From NCBI GenBank assembly GCA_964531645.1, contig CAZHEF010000001.1, positions 227,750 to 291,749 of the forward strand: a stretch of DNA of 64,000 bases, in the 5' to 3' direction. Positions 38,085-47,694 of the stretch are shown piece by piece. The notes beneath the pieces were generated by a model, which searched no databases, was not told the origin of the DNA, and saw nothing but the letters and a program-made list of their open reading frames with translations. Within the stretch, counting starts at the first letter, position 1; the number at the start of each line of letters is the position of its first letter. This DNA comes from an uncultured Clostridia bacterium (lineage in GTDB: Bacteria; Acidobacteriota; Aminicenantia; JBFLYD01; JBBIMS01). The translations under genes and the position numbers were made by a program.

Positions 38085-40355
38085 ATGTTATTGAAGAAAT
38101 TTGATAAATACATAATTTCTGAAATAATTCCACCTTTTTTCCTTGGTTTACTTCTTTATACCTTTGTCCTTCTAATGAACAACATTCTCCAACTGGCTGA
38201 GCTTTTTATTACTAAAGGAGTTCATATAAAAACAGTTCTTAAAATTCTGGTTCTTATTTTGCCATCCATACTTGCCTTTACTCTTCCCATGGCAGTTTTA
38301 ATGGGAATACTCGCAGGTTTGAGCAGGCTATCATCGGATTGGGAAGTCATGGCACTAAAGTCCCTTGGAGTTTCAAGTATTAGATTTTTAAGACCCCTTC
38401 TAACTTTTTCAATAATAATATTTTTAATTTCCCTTTACATATCAACATCTCTTGCTCCCAATTCCAATTTTGAACTCTTAAAAACCCTTTTTACTTCAGT
38501 GGCCACAAAAACTCCTGCAGAAATTAAACCGAGACAATTCAATGAGAAAATTCCCCATCTTGTTATTTATGTAAACGATATAAAAGGCGGACTATGGGAA
38601 AATATTTTTGTTCAGGACAGTTCCAACCCTGAAGAGTCAAAGATAATTGTTGCAAAAAAGGGAAGGTTTTTGTCGGATCAGGAAAAGAGAGAGGCTTACA
38701 TAGATTTTATAGATGGAACAATCCATGTTTTCCCAGCCAGAAATCCGAAAGAAACAAGGATTGGTTTCTTCTCCCGATCAACAGAAAAGATTGATCCAGA
38801 AGCTATTTTCCCCACATTTAAATTTGAAAAAAGGATAAGAGAGAGAAACATTGTTGAGCTCTGGAAAAGTCTGAAGGAAGAAGACCCTCAGAAGAGAATT
38901 TTTGTAAAAAATGAGTTTCACAAAAGGCTTGCTTTTCCTTTTGCCTCTGTAATATTTGCAATTCTTGGCTTGCCATTGGGAACGACCACAAAGAAAGGGG
39001 GAAAGGTCTCAGGATTCTCATTAAGCCTTCTATTTATCCTGATTTACTACACAATAGCAACTTTTGGAGAAAATCTCTCATTAAAAGGGACTATTTCGCC
39101 TTTTTTAGGATTATGGAGTGCAAATATTATACTTTTTATATTCAGTGCAGGCTTAATTTATTTCCATCATAAAGAGAAAAGCTTAAAATTGGGTGTTAAA
39201 TTGAAAAAAAAGGGGGGGGTCGAAGAACCCAAAAGCACAAAAAAAATAAGAAGTAAAAGATGGTCTCTCAAATTTCATTTTAAATTTCTAAGTATTCTTG
39301 ACAGATATATTTTAAAAAAATCACTCTTAATTTTTCTCATTGCAATTCTAAGTATTTACATAATTTCCATGATAATCACTTTCTTTGAACTCCTTGATAA
39401 TGCCAATGAGAATAAAAGACCAATTTCATCCATCCTGAGATATTTGTGGTTTTACACTCCCCAAGTTTTATACTGGGCATTGCCCATCTCTTCCTTCACA
39501 GCAATAGTAATATCCCTTGGAATTATGACAAAATTCAACGAAGTAAATGCAATGAAAGCTTGCGGAATTAGTGTCTACAGGATTGCTTTGCCATTGATAC
39601 TATTCGGACTTTCAGTTAGTGCATTAAGCTTTTATATCCAGGAGAGAATTCTTCCTTCATATAACAGAAACGCTGAAGAAGCAAAGGCATATATAAAGGG
39701 AGCGCCTTCTCCAAGAACATATATGAGAGTTGATAGGAGATGGGTTATGGGTAAAGTGAACAGGATTTTCAACTATAGATATTTTGATGTAGAAAAAAAG
39801 ATCTTTGATTACATCTCAATATATGAGCTCTCGCGAAATTTTGCCCTTGAGAAAAGATACTTTGGGGAGAAGGGTTATCTTGAAAATGGTTTTCTTAAAA
39901 TTGATAACGGATGGGTTGTTGATTCCGAAGGATTAACAAAAAATTTAAGAGATTTCAAAATCCAGATTGAAGAGGATCCTTCTTACTTTGTAAAGGAGTG
40001 GAAAGAACCTGAGGAAATGAACATTGGAGAGCTGAAGGAGTACATTAAAGGATTAAAAGAAAGGGGTTTTGACACAGTGAAATTTGAAGTTGAATATCAT
40101 TCAAAGTTTTCGTTTCCCTTTATCTCTTTGATAATGTCACTGATTGCGATCCCCTTTTCTTTTTCAGTAGGAAAGAGAGGAGCATTATATGGTGTAGGAT
40201 TCAGTCTATTAGTTGCAATTATCTACTGGGTTATTTTCAGTATCTTCAAAAGTCTCGGAAATGTCCAAGTTCTTTCTTCCTTTTTATCTGCCTGGATAGC
40301 TAATTTCATTTTTGGTTTGATTGGTGCCTATTTCCTTTTCTCTGTGAGAACCTAA
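38085..40355 (+). CDS. lptFG: fused LptF-LptG (YjgP/YjgQ-family) LPS export permease
   Basis: 756 aa containing two YjgP/YjgQ-like modules, each with 6 TM helices and a periplasmic beta-jellyroll. Directly follows the kds genes. Confidence 0.7.
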   Translation: MLLKKFDKYIISEIIPPFFLGLLLYTFVLLMNNILQLAELFITKGVHIKTVLKILVLILPSILAFTLPMAVLMGILAGLSRLSSDWEVMALKSLGVSSIRFLRPLLTFSIIIFLISLYISTSLAPNSNFELLKTLFTSVATKTPAEIKPRQFNEKIPHLVIYVNDIKGGLWENIFVQDSSNPEESKIIVAKKGRFLSDQEKREAYIDFIDGTIHVFPARNPKETRIGFFSRSTEKIDPEAIFPTFKFEKRIRERNIVELWKSLKEEDPQKRIFVKNEFHKRLAFPFASVIFAILGLPLGTTTKKGGKVSGFSLSLLFILIYYTIATFGENLSLKGTISPFLGLWSANIILFIFSAGLIYFHHKEKSLKLGVKLKKKGGVEEPKSTKKIRSKRWSLKFHFKFLSILDRYILKKSLLIFLIAILSIYIISMIITFFELLDNANENKRPISSILRYLWFYTPQVLYWALPISSFTAIVISLGIMTKFNEVNAMKACGISVYRIALPLILFGLSVSALSFYIQERILPSYNRNAEEAKAYIKGAPSPRTYMRVDRRWVMGKVNRIFNYRYFDVEKKIFDYISIYELSRNFALEKRYFGEKGYLENGFLKIDNGWVVDSEGLTKNLRDFKIQIEEDPSYFVKEWKEPEEMNIGELKEYIKGLKERGFDTVKFEVEYHSKFSFPFISLIMSLIAIPFSFSVGKRGALYGVGFSLLVAIIYWVIFSIFKSLGNVQVLSSFLSAWIANFIFGLIGAYFLFSVRT

Positions 40356-40356
40356 A

Positions 40357-40839
40357 TTACATCTTGTATTTTCCAAAGTCTTCTGGTTTTAGTTTTTCAA
40401 GCCATTTTTGAAGTTTTTCCTTGTCATCAAGCAAATCCATCTCTGCAGTGTGAGCTCTTGTCAGAACTGACTCTTCAACATAAATGGGGGAATCAACTCT
40501 TAGGGCAAGAGCTATGGCATCCGAAGGTCTTGAATCTATCATTATAATTTTTCCTTCCTTTTCGAGATAAATTAGAGCATAGAATGTGTTATCTTTAATG
40601 TCACAAACAACCACTTTGTTAACTTTTACACCAAGGGAATTCAGGAGATTCCTTAGAAGATCATGGGTCATGGGTCTTGGCGTCTCTATCCTTTCAAGTC
40701 TCAAGGAGATGGCATTTGCCTCGAAAACTCCTATCCAGATGGGAAGAATCTTAGTCCCCTCTAAATTTGAAAGAATCACAACAGGCATATTATTCACTGG
40801 GTCAACGATCAAACCTTTTACTACCATTTCTATTTCCAT
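40357..40839 (-). CDS. bifunctional nuclease (BFN/DUF151) domain protein
   Basis: 160 aa. General resemblance to the DUF151 family. Confidence 0.6.
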   Translation of the reverse strand: MEIEMVVKGLIVDPVNNMPVVILSNLEGTKILPIWIGVFEANAISLRLERIETPRPMTHDLLRNLLNSLGVKVNKVVVCDIKDNTFYALIYLEKEGKIIMIDSRPSDAIALALRVDSPIYVEESVLTRAHTAEMDLLDDKEKLQKWLEKLKPEDFGKYKM

Positions 40840-41005
40840 TTCAACCTCCTAGCTAAGTTAAATATAGAAAGTTTAGAGAGTTTTGTCAATAGCATTATTG
40901 TAGCATTCATCCTGCATCTATAAAGGTGCTAAAAATTTCAAAAAACTTAACAAATTTAAATTTATCCTGTAAAATTTAAGTTTGAATAATTGAGAGGAGG
41001 AGGAA

Positions 41006-42163
41006 ATGAGAAAAATAAAGGGATTTTTAATCTTAGCAATTTTCTTTGTAGCATTCATCTATGCAGATGAGTGCACAACTGCAGTTATAAGTGGCACTGC
41101 AACAAAGGATAGGGCTCCAATCCTATGGAAAAACAGGGATACAGATGTTCTATCTAATAAAGTTGTCTTTGTAAGGGAATCTCCTTACAGCTATCTTGCC
41201 CTTGTGAATGCCAATGAGACATCGGGAAGGATAGTATGGGCTGGATTAAATTCAGAAGGTTTCGCAATAATGAACTCAGTAGCCTATAACCTTCCCCAGA
41301 AAAGTGGAGAAAAGGAAGATCTTGAAGGGATGGTAATGGCAGATGCTCTGAGGAAATGCGTAACTGTTGATGATTTTGAAAAATATCTAAAGGAGAATCT
41401 TGGAGAAAGTCTTGGTTGCAGGGCAAATTTTGGAGTGATAGATTCTCATGGAGGAGCTTCCCTTTTTGAGGTTCATAATCATGGTTATAAAAGGATTGAT
41501 GCAAAGGATTTCCAGGAAGGATATATTATAAATACTAATTTTTCAAGGAGTGGTGAAGAGAATAAAGGTAGAGGTTATGTTCGATTTGAAAGAGCATCTT
41601 TACTTTTTAGAGAAAATTATCCTATAACCCATGAATTCATAATTCAGAAAGTAGCAAGGGATTTTGAAAATCCTTTTCTAAAATATTTCCCGGAAAATAA
41701 GATGAGGGTAATTCCAGAAAAATCTTTCTGGATCTATGCAGACCACACAATAAACAGATACATTACCGCAAGCTGTGTTGTTATTCATGGAGTGAAAAAA
41801 GGTGAAAAGGGGAGAGCTACCATGTGGGTTATCTTGGGCGAACCAGTGTGCTCTATTACGGTTCCCCTTTGGGTTGAGGCAGGGGAAACACCTTCTCCAT
41901 TGAGGGAAGGAGATACTGCTCCCATATGTGTAGAAGCATTTAGATTGAAGAATATTGTCAGACCATTTAAAGATGTTGAAAGAAAACAGTATATTGATTT
42001 GCCAAAACTTTTGGGAATGCTTCCCATAATACTTGGGAAGGAAAAAGAGATACTTGAAAAAACAAGAGAATTTCTGGAGAAGAATCCATCTTCTTCTGAA
42101 CTATCAAATTTTGAAAGCACTATTGCTGAGATGGTTCTTGAAACATTGAAAGATATAAAGTAA
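41006..42163 (+). CDS. secreted Ntn-hydrolase cysteine peptidase (C69/C59-like)
   Basis: Signal peptide immediately followed by CTTAVISG (N-terminal nucleophile Cys after cleavage). Confidence 0.5.
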   Translation: MRKIKGFLILAIFFVAFIYADECTTAVISGTATKDRAPILWKNRDTDVLSNKVVFVRESPYSYLALVNANETSGRIVWAGLNSEGFAIMNSVAYNLPQKSGEKEDLEGMVMADALRKCVTVDDFEKYLKENLGESLGCRANFGVIDSHGGASLFEVHNHGYKRIDAKDFQEGYIINTNFSRSGEENKGRGYVRFERASLLFRENYPITHEFIIQKVARDFENPFLKYFPENKMRVIPEKSFWIYADHTINRYITASCVVIHGVKKGEKGRATMWVILGEPVCSITVPLWVEAGETPSPLREGDTAPICVEAFRLKNIVRPFKDVERKQYIDLPKLLGMLPIILGKEKEILEKTREFLEKNPSSSELSNFESTIAEMVLETLKDIK

Positions 42164-42227
42164 TTCAGAAAAAAACAAAGTTGAAAATGAAATTTTTATT
42201 AAATAAACTTAAACCTAAGGAGGAATT

Positions 42228-44171
42228 ATGGGCAAGAATATTGTTGAAAAAATTTTAGAGGAACATCTTGTGGAAGGAAATCTAAAAGAGGGAGAAGAAA
42301 TTTATATTTTCATTGACCAGGTTCTCACTCAGGATGCTACAGGAACAATGGCTTATCTGCAGTTTGAAGCGATGGGGCTGGACAGAATTCAGGTTCCCAT
42401 TGCGGTCTCTTATGTTGATCACAATACCCTCCAGATTGACAACAAAAATCCTGATGACCACATTTATTTACAGACAGTTGCTAGAAGATATGGAGCATAC
42501 TTTTCAAGACCTGGAAACGGAATATGCCATCAGGTCCATCTTGAAAGATTTGCAAGACCGGGTGCCACCCTTCTTGGTTCTGATAGCCACACACCAACAG
42601 CTGGAGGGATTGGTTCTCTTGCAATAGGTGTTGGAGGGCTTGAAATTGCGTCAGCAATGGGAGGAGAGCCTTTTGCTCTAAAAGTTCCAAAGATAGTGAG
42701 AGTTTGGCTCGAAGACGAACTTAATCGCCCCTATGTTATGGCAATGGATATAATCCTTGAGCTCCTTAGAAGATTGACTGTAAAAGGTGGTGTAGGAAAG
42801 ATTTTCGAATACGATGGACCTGGTGTTAAAAATCTTACAGTAACTGAAAGAGCTACCATAACTAATATGGGAGCTGAACTTGGAGCAACAACTTCAATAT
42901 TTCCATCAGATGAGATAACAAGGAAATATTTGAAAGCTCAGAAAAGGGAAAATCATTGGAGAGAGCTAAAAGCTGATTCTGATGCAAATTATGCTGAAGA
43001 GATCCGGATAAATCTTTCTGAGCTTGAACCACTCATTGCAAGACCCCATCAACCTGACAATGTTGTCAAAATTAGAGAAATTACAGGAATAAAGGTAAAT
43101 CAGGTCAATGTTGGCTCATGCACGAATTCTTCTTATCAGGCTCTCAAGTCTGTTACTGCATTTTTGAGAGGAAGAACAGTTCATCCTTCAGTTTCAATGA
43201 CTGTCAGCCCTGGCTCAAAACAGGTCTATGAAATGATGGCAAAGGAGGGAGACCTTGCAGAACTTATTGCATCTGGAGTAAGAGTCTTAGAATCCGCTTG
43301 TGGTCCATGTATTGGAATGGGACAGGCTCCTCCATCCAAGGGAGTATCTGTAAGGTCATTTAATAGAAATTTTAAAGGTAGGTCTGGAACTATCGATGCT
43401 GAAATTTATCTTGCCTCTCCAGTCTCCTGCGCAGCAATTGCTCTAAAAGGAGAAATTGTTGACCCGAGGGATGTTAGTGTTGAAATCCCAGTTTTTGAAG
43501 AGCCTGAATTCTTTATTACAAACGATAACATGATAATTCCACCCCTTCCTCCAGAAGAGGCGAAAAAAGTTCAGGTCATCAAGGGTCCTAATATTAAAGA
43601 TGTTCCTGTAAAAGGCGCTCTCGAGGATAAAATTCAAATAACAGCTCTTTTAAGGGTTGGCGACAATATAACTACAGATGATATTATGCCTGCCGGAGCA
43701 GAAATTCTCCCCCTTCGTTCAAATATACCTGAGATATCCAAATATGTATTCTGGCGAATTGACAAAGAATTTTACAAAAAAGCTCAGGAAGTCGGGACAT
43801 CAATTGTTATTGGCGGAGAAAATTACGGTCAGGGCTCATCCCGAGAGCATGCTGCCCTTGCCCCCATGTATCTCGGATTGAGGGCGATTCTTGCCAAGTC
43901 CTTTGCAAGAATTCACAGGTCAAATCTAATAAATTTCGGAATTCTTCCTCTTACATTTTCCAATCCATCAGATTACGATAAGATTGAACAGGGGGATATA
44001 CTTGAGATTGTAAATATTTATGATTCTTTGGAAAATGATAAACCCTTCAAGGTCATAAACAAATCCCAAAATTACACCTTTGAAACAGTTGCTAAATTTA
44101 CAAAGAAGGAAAAGGAAGTTCTGAAAGCAGGCGGATTACTTCCTTATATTAAGAAGAAGAGAGGAAGTTAA
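42228..44171 (+). CDS. aconitase-family hydratase with fused large and small (LeuC/LeuD-like) domains
   Basis: GSDSHT, CGPCIGMG and SREHAA motifs. 647 aa. Confidence 0.8.
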   Translation: MGKNIVEKILEEHLVEGNLKEGEEIYIFIDQVLTQDATGTMAYLQFEAMGLDRIQVPIAVSYVDHNTLQIDNKNPDDHIYLQTVARRYGAYFSRPGNGICHQVHLERFARPGATLLGSDSHTPTAGGIGSLAIGVGGLEIASAMGGEPFALKVPKIVRVWLEDELNRPYVMAMDIILELLRRLTVKGGVGKIFEYDGPGVKNLTVTERATITNMGAELGATTSIFPSDEITRKYLKAQKRENHWRELKADSDANYAEEIRINLSELEPLIARPHQPDNVVKIREITGIKVNQVNVGSCTNSSYQALKSVTAFLRGRTVHPSVSMTVSPGSKQVYEMMAKEGDLAELIASGVRVLESACGPCIGMGQAPPSKGVSVRSFNRNFKGRSGTIDAEIYLASPVSCAAIALKGEIVDPRDVSVEIPVFEEPEFFITNDNMIIPPLPPEEAKKVQVIKGPNIKDVPVKGALEDKIQITALLRVGDNITTDDIMPAGAEILPLRSNIPEISKYVFWRIDKEFYKKAQEVGTSIVIGGENYGQGSSREHAALAPMYLGLRAILAKSFARIHRSNLINFGILPLTFSNPSDYDKIEQGDILEIVNIYDSLENDKPFKVINKSQNYTFETVAKFTKKEKEVLKAGGLLPYIKKKRGS

Positions 44172-44281
44172 AAATAGCGAGAACGGAAATTATAGCTTGG
44201 AGTTGACAGCTATTTTAGTCTTAAGTTTGTATGACCTTTACCTTCATCCCTCAGCCTCTGCTTCCGAGCTTCCGTTCCTTC

Positions 44282-45012
44282 TCACTTTTCTATTTTCTTC
44301 AATCTCTCAATTGTTTCATGAACTTCTTTCTCTTTTTCTATTCCATATTCAAGATATTTTTGAAGAAATTTAATTGCATTAGACTTATCCCCTGTCTTTA
44401 TATAGAGCATCCCTAGCTCATAGTAACATTCTCCATCTGTTGGGAATAATTTTATTGCGGAAAGGAAGCTTTCTATCCCTTTTTTAATTTCTTCTTTCTC
44501 TTTGTAGAGAAATCCAAGGGATTTGCAAGAATGAAAGGAGACAGTTCTCTTTAAAGCAGTTACAGAAACCCTTCTCGTATCTCCAAAAACCATCTCTTCA
44601 GGCTCTTCACCTGTCTCCGTTCCTCTACTGTCATATTTAATCGCATTTTTCCAGGAAACTTCAGCTTTATCATATTCTTTACGAGCAAAATATGCACATC
44701 CTAAATTGTAATAGCCAAGAGCATCCCTTCCATCTATTTTAACAACCTTTTCAAATGCCTTTATTGCTTTTTCAAAATCAAAAATTCTGAAATATATATT
44801 TCCTAATAGGTCGTAGGCTTGGAGGAAATTGTTCCCTATCTCCAGTGCCAGCTCAAAAGTCCATTTTTCAATGGGAAGTCCTTTTTCATAAACTTCCCTT
44901 GCTGATCTTAAACCTGTTCCAGATGTTTTCTTTCAAAGTTTCTATACCTTTTTCTAGGTCTCCATTTCTTATCTGTTTAAGAGCCTCTTTATAAATATTT
45001 TGCAATTTAATT
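44282..45012 (-). pseudogene. TPR-repeat protein, apparently frameshifted near 44915-44935
   Basis: TPR-like translation continues upstream of the 44282-44593 ORF in the same frame to a TGA at 44936-44938. It then continues in another frame to about 45012. No in-frame ATG for the upstream part (a possible TTG). Confidence 0.4.
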
Positions 45013-45174
45013 GAATCTACATCCTAGCAATAAGTGAACGCTGTAAAAAAGAATAATGAAAACATGAAGAAATAAAATCTTCTTTGGATTTTAATTTTAA
45101 TTCTCAAACCCTTAATTTTATTATTTATAATTAATTATCTTTTCTTTCAACTGCCCTTCTCGCCTTTCTCGTCC

Positions 45175-45639
45175 TTATGTCATCCAGTTTGAAATGGCGA
45201 AAATTGCTGAGATTTTCTCGTTGGCTTCCCTCAATTTTTTGGAAAGTTCATTTACGAATGATTTTAAAATTTTTAGAGCCAGTGCAGGATTCTTCTCCAT
45301 CAGTTTTCTGAAGTCGTTAAGAGGAATCTCGAGAAGTGAAACATCTGAGTGGGCAATTGCCCAGGCAGACCTGAAAGAATCTTCAACAAGGGACATTTCT
45401 CCAAAATAGTTCCCTTCCTCGAGAATTGCAAGGGCTTCCTCACCTATTTTTGGAATCATCTTAGAAATTCTCACTTTTCCTTCATAAATTACATATAAAG
45501 AATCAGACTTATCACCCTCTTTAAATATAACAGTATCTTTTTTAAGCTCCTTTACCCTTCCAATATGCAATATTTCTGTGATCTCTTCTTTGTTCAATTC
45601 CTTAAACAGGCAGATGCTCTGAAGAAAATCTTCCTTCAT
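45175..45639 (-). CDS. stand-alone cyclic-nucleotide-binding (cNMP) domain protein
   Basis: FGEMSL and RSAWAIA region typical of the CAP-family cNMP-binding fold. No HTH output domain (154 aa). Confidence 0.7.
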   Translation of the reverse strand: MKEDFLQSICLFKELNKEEITEILHIGRVKELKKDTVIFKEGDKSDSLYVIYEGKVRISKMIPKIGEEALAILEEGNYFGEMSLVEDSFRSAWAIAHSDVSLLEIPLNDFRKLMEKNPALALKILKSFVNELSKKLREANEKISAIFAISNWMT

Positions 45640-46421
45640 TGTTCTTTTTTAAAAAAGATTGTTGATATAAAGGTTCTTTTTAAGCCAGCAAGTGCTTTCT
45701 CAGCAGATTTTCTCACCCATGAATGGGAGTCCTTTGTAAGATCTACAAGATGTTGAATTACTTCCTCGCCACCTATTTTGGAGAAGAATTCTATAAGTTT
45801 CAATTTGACTTCTATATTTGAATCCTTTTTTAGATCAATAACCTCCTGACTTATTACTGCGAGTCTTTTATTGCCCATAAGCTCAAGGACACAACTTTTT
45901 ACATGCCATTGAGGTTTTTTAAGGAAAGAAAGGAGTGCATGAATGTCAATATCCTCCCTTGGTGTAAGAGCTTTTAGAGCATAAGTTCTGACCTCCCAGC
46001 TTGGATCTTCAAGGAAATTTAAAAGTGTATCAGTAACCCATTTCTCGTTTTTCTCCTTTATTCTTTCAATTAAATTTATTTTTTCTGCCTTTTCTCCGCT
46101 AAGAAGAACTTTTTCGACTTCTTCCTTGAAAATTCCCTCCTCGGAGATTTCTTTTTTTATTGATTTGATGACTTTATCCACCGAATCTCTTACAACAGGG
46201 TTCGGATCAGAGAGAAACTGAGTGAAAAACTCTTCATCTTTTAATCCGATTTCTCCTGCTAATTTTATCGCATGGGCTTTTAAAGGTGGGAAAGATTCTT
46301 TTAATGATGCAAGGATAAATTTTTCTTTCTCTTCGAGATTGTGGAATTCTTCACTCTTTAAAAATTCAAGTTTCTTTTTCGGTGGAAGAGATTCAAAATC
46401 TTCAATCAAAAATCCCATCAT
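45636..46421 (-). CDS. HEAT/PBS-lyase-like repeat protein
   Basis: Repeated helical ~30-aa units with VR/SA spacing. Overlaps both neighbours by 4 nt. Confidence 0.55.
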   Translation of the reverse strand: MMGFLIEDFESLPPKKKLEFLKSEEFHNLEEKEKFILASLKESFPPLKAHAIKLAGEIGLKDEEFFTQFLSDPNPVVRDSVDKVIKSIKKEISEEGIFKEEVEKVLLSGEKAEKINLIERIKEKNEKWVTDTLLNFLEDPSWEVRTYALKALTPREDIDIHALLSFLKKPQWHVKSCVLELMGNKRLAVISQEVIDLKKDSNIEVKLKLIEFFSKIGGEEVIQHLVDLTKDSHSWVRKSAEKALAGLKRTFISTIFFKKEQ

Positions 46422-47629
46422 ACTAAATCCAGAATATGACCCATTTTTTCTTTTTTTGTTTTAAGATAAAACTTGTTTTCAGGGAGAGGTGGAATCTCAA
46501 TGGGGACCCTCTCAACAATTGTAAGTCCATATCCTTCAAGAGCATAGAATTTTCTTGGGTTATTTGTGAGCAGTCTCATTTTTCTAATCCCAAGGGTGAA
46601 TAGAATCTGGGCGCCAATACCATATTCCCTCTGATCGGGTTTGAAACCAAGCTTTTTATTCGCCTCCACTGTGTCAAGACCCCTTTCCTGAAGACAATAT
46701 GCTCTAATTTTATTTGTGAGTCCAATCCCTCTGCCTTCCTGATTCAACATATAAAGTATAACACCTTTTCCCTCCTTTTCAATCATCTCCATCGCTTTAT
46801 GAAGCTGAGGACCACAATCACACCTCAGAGAGCCAAAAGCATCTCCTGTAAGACACTGGGAATGGGCTCTAACAAGGATAGGCTCATCGGGATTAATCTC
46901 CCCTTTTACAATAGCAAGATGGGTTTCGTGATGGATTATATCTTCAAAAACCATTATTTTAAAATCTCCGTAAGCAGTGGGAAGATCCGCCTCAGCAATT
47001 TTTTTGACAAGGATCTCGCTCTTCAGTCTGTATTTTATCAGGTCAGCAATAGCAAGAATTTTTATACCGATTTTTTTTGAAAGCTCCTCAAGTTGGGGCA
47101 TTCTCGCCATTGTTCCATCTTCATTCATTATCTCACATATAACCCCAGCCGGGTAAAGACCAGCTATTCTCGCTATGTCAACAGAGGCTTCTGTCTGACC
47201 CGCCCTCTCAAGAACACCACCTTTTCTTGCCCTCAAAGGGAAAATATGCCCCGGTCTTGCAAGGTTCTCAGGCTTGGTTTTAGGGTCAATAGCAGTGAGA
47301 ATTGTTTTCGCTCTGTCAAATGCGGAAATTCCAGTGGTCACACCTTCCTTTGCATCAATGGAGACTGTGAAAGCGGTTCCGTATGGAGCAGTGTTACTCT
47401 CATCGTTTACCATTAAAGGGAGGTCCAGTTCCTTTATCCTTTCCTCACTCAAGGAAAGGCAAATAAGACCTCTCCCGTATTTGGTCATAAAATTTATAGC
47501 TTCAGGAGTGATCTTTTCCGCTGCAACCATAAGGTCCCCTTCATTTTCTCTATCCTCATCATCAACTATTATAATCATCTTTCCATTTCTAACATCTTCA
47601 ATGACTTCTTCAACTTTTGCTAAAAGCAT
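46418..47629 (-). CDS. ribBA: bifunctional 3,4-dihydroxy-2-butanone-4-phosphate synthase / GTP cyclohydrolase II
   Basis: RENEGDL (RibB) and CDCG (RibA zinc site) motifs. 403 aa. Confidence 0.9.
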   Translation of the reverse strand: MLLAKVEEVIEDVRNGKMIIIVDDEDRENEGDLMVAAEKITPEAINFMTKYGRGLICLSLSEERIKELDLPLMVNDESNTAPYGTAFTVSIDAKEGVTTGISAFDRAKTILTAIDPKTKPENLARPGHIFPLRARKGGVLERAGQTEASVDIARIAGLYPAGVICEIMNEDGTMARMPQLEELSKKIGIKILAIADLIKYRLKSEILVKKIAEADLPTAYGDFKIMVFEDIIHHETHLAIVKGEINPDEPILVRAHSQCLTGDAFGSLRCDCGPQLHKAMEMIEKEGKGVILYMLNQEGRGIGLTNKIRAYCLQERGLDTVEANKKLGFKPDQREYGIGAQILFTLGIRKMRLLTNNPRKFYALEGYGLTIVERVPIEIPPLPENKFYLKTKKEKMGHILDLV

Positions 47630-47694
47630 TTTTCAACCTCCTTAAATAAAATTTTACCATTTTAAAAATATTAATGGAAGGATTTGGAAAAAAA

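Noticed and set aside
44172-44281. Hairpin terminator between aconitase and the TPR gene
   Set aside because: Only a 7-bp inverted repeat separated by a ~30-nt loop (aaatagc...gctattt), with no GC-rich stem or T-run, so it is not convincing.
47630-47694. Possible FMN riboswitch upstream of ribBA
   Set aside because: The intergenic space is only 65 nt and contains none of the conserved FMN-element stems, so it is too short.
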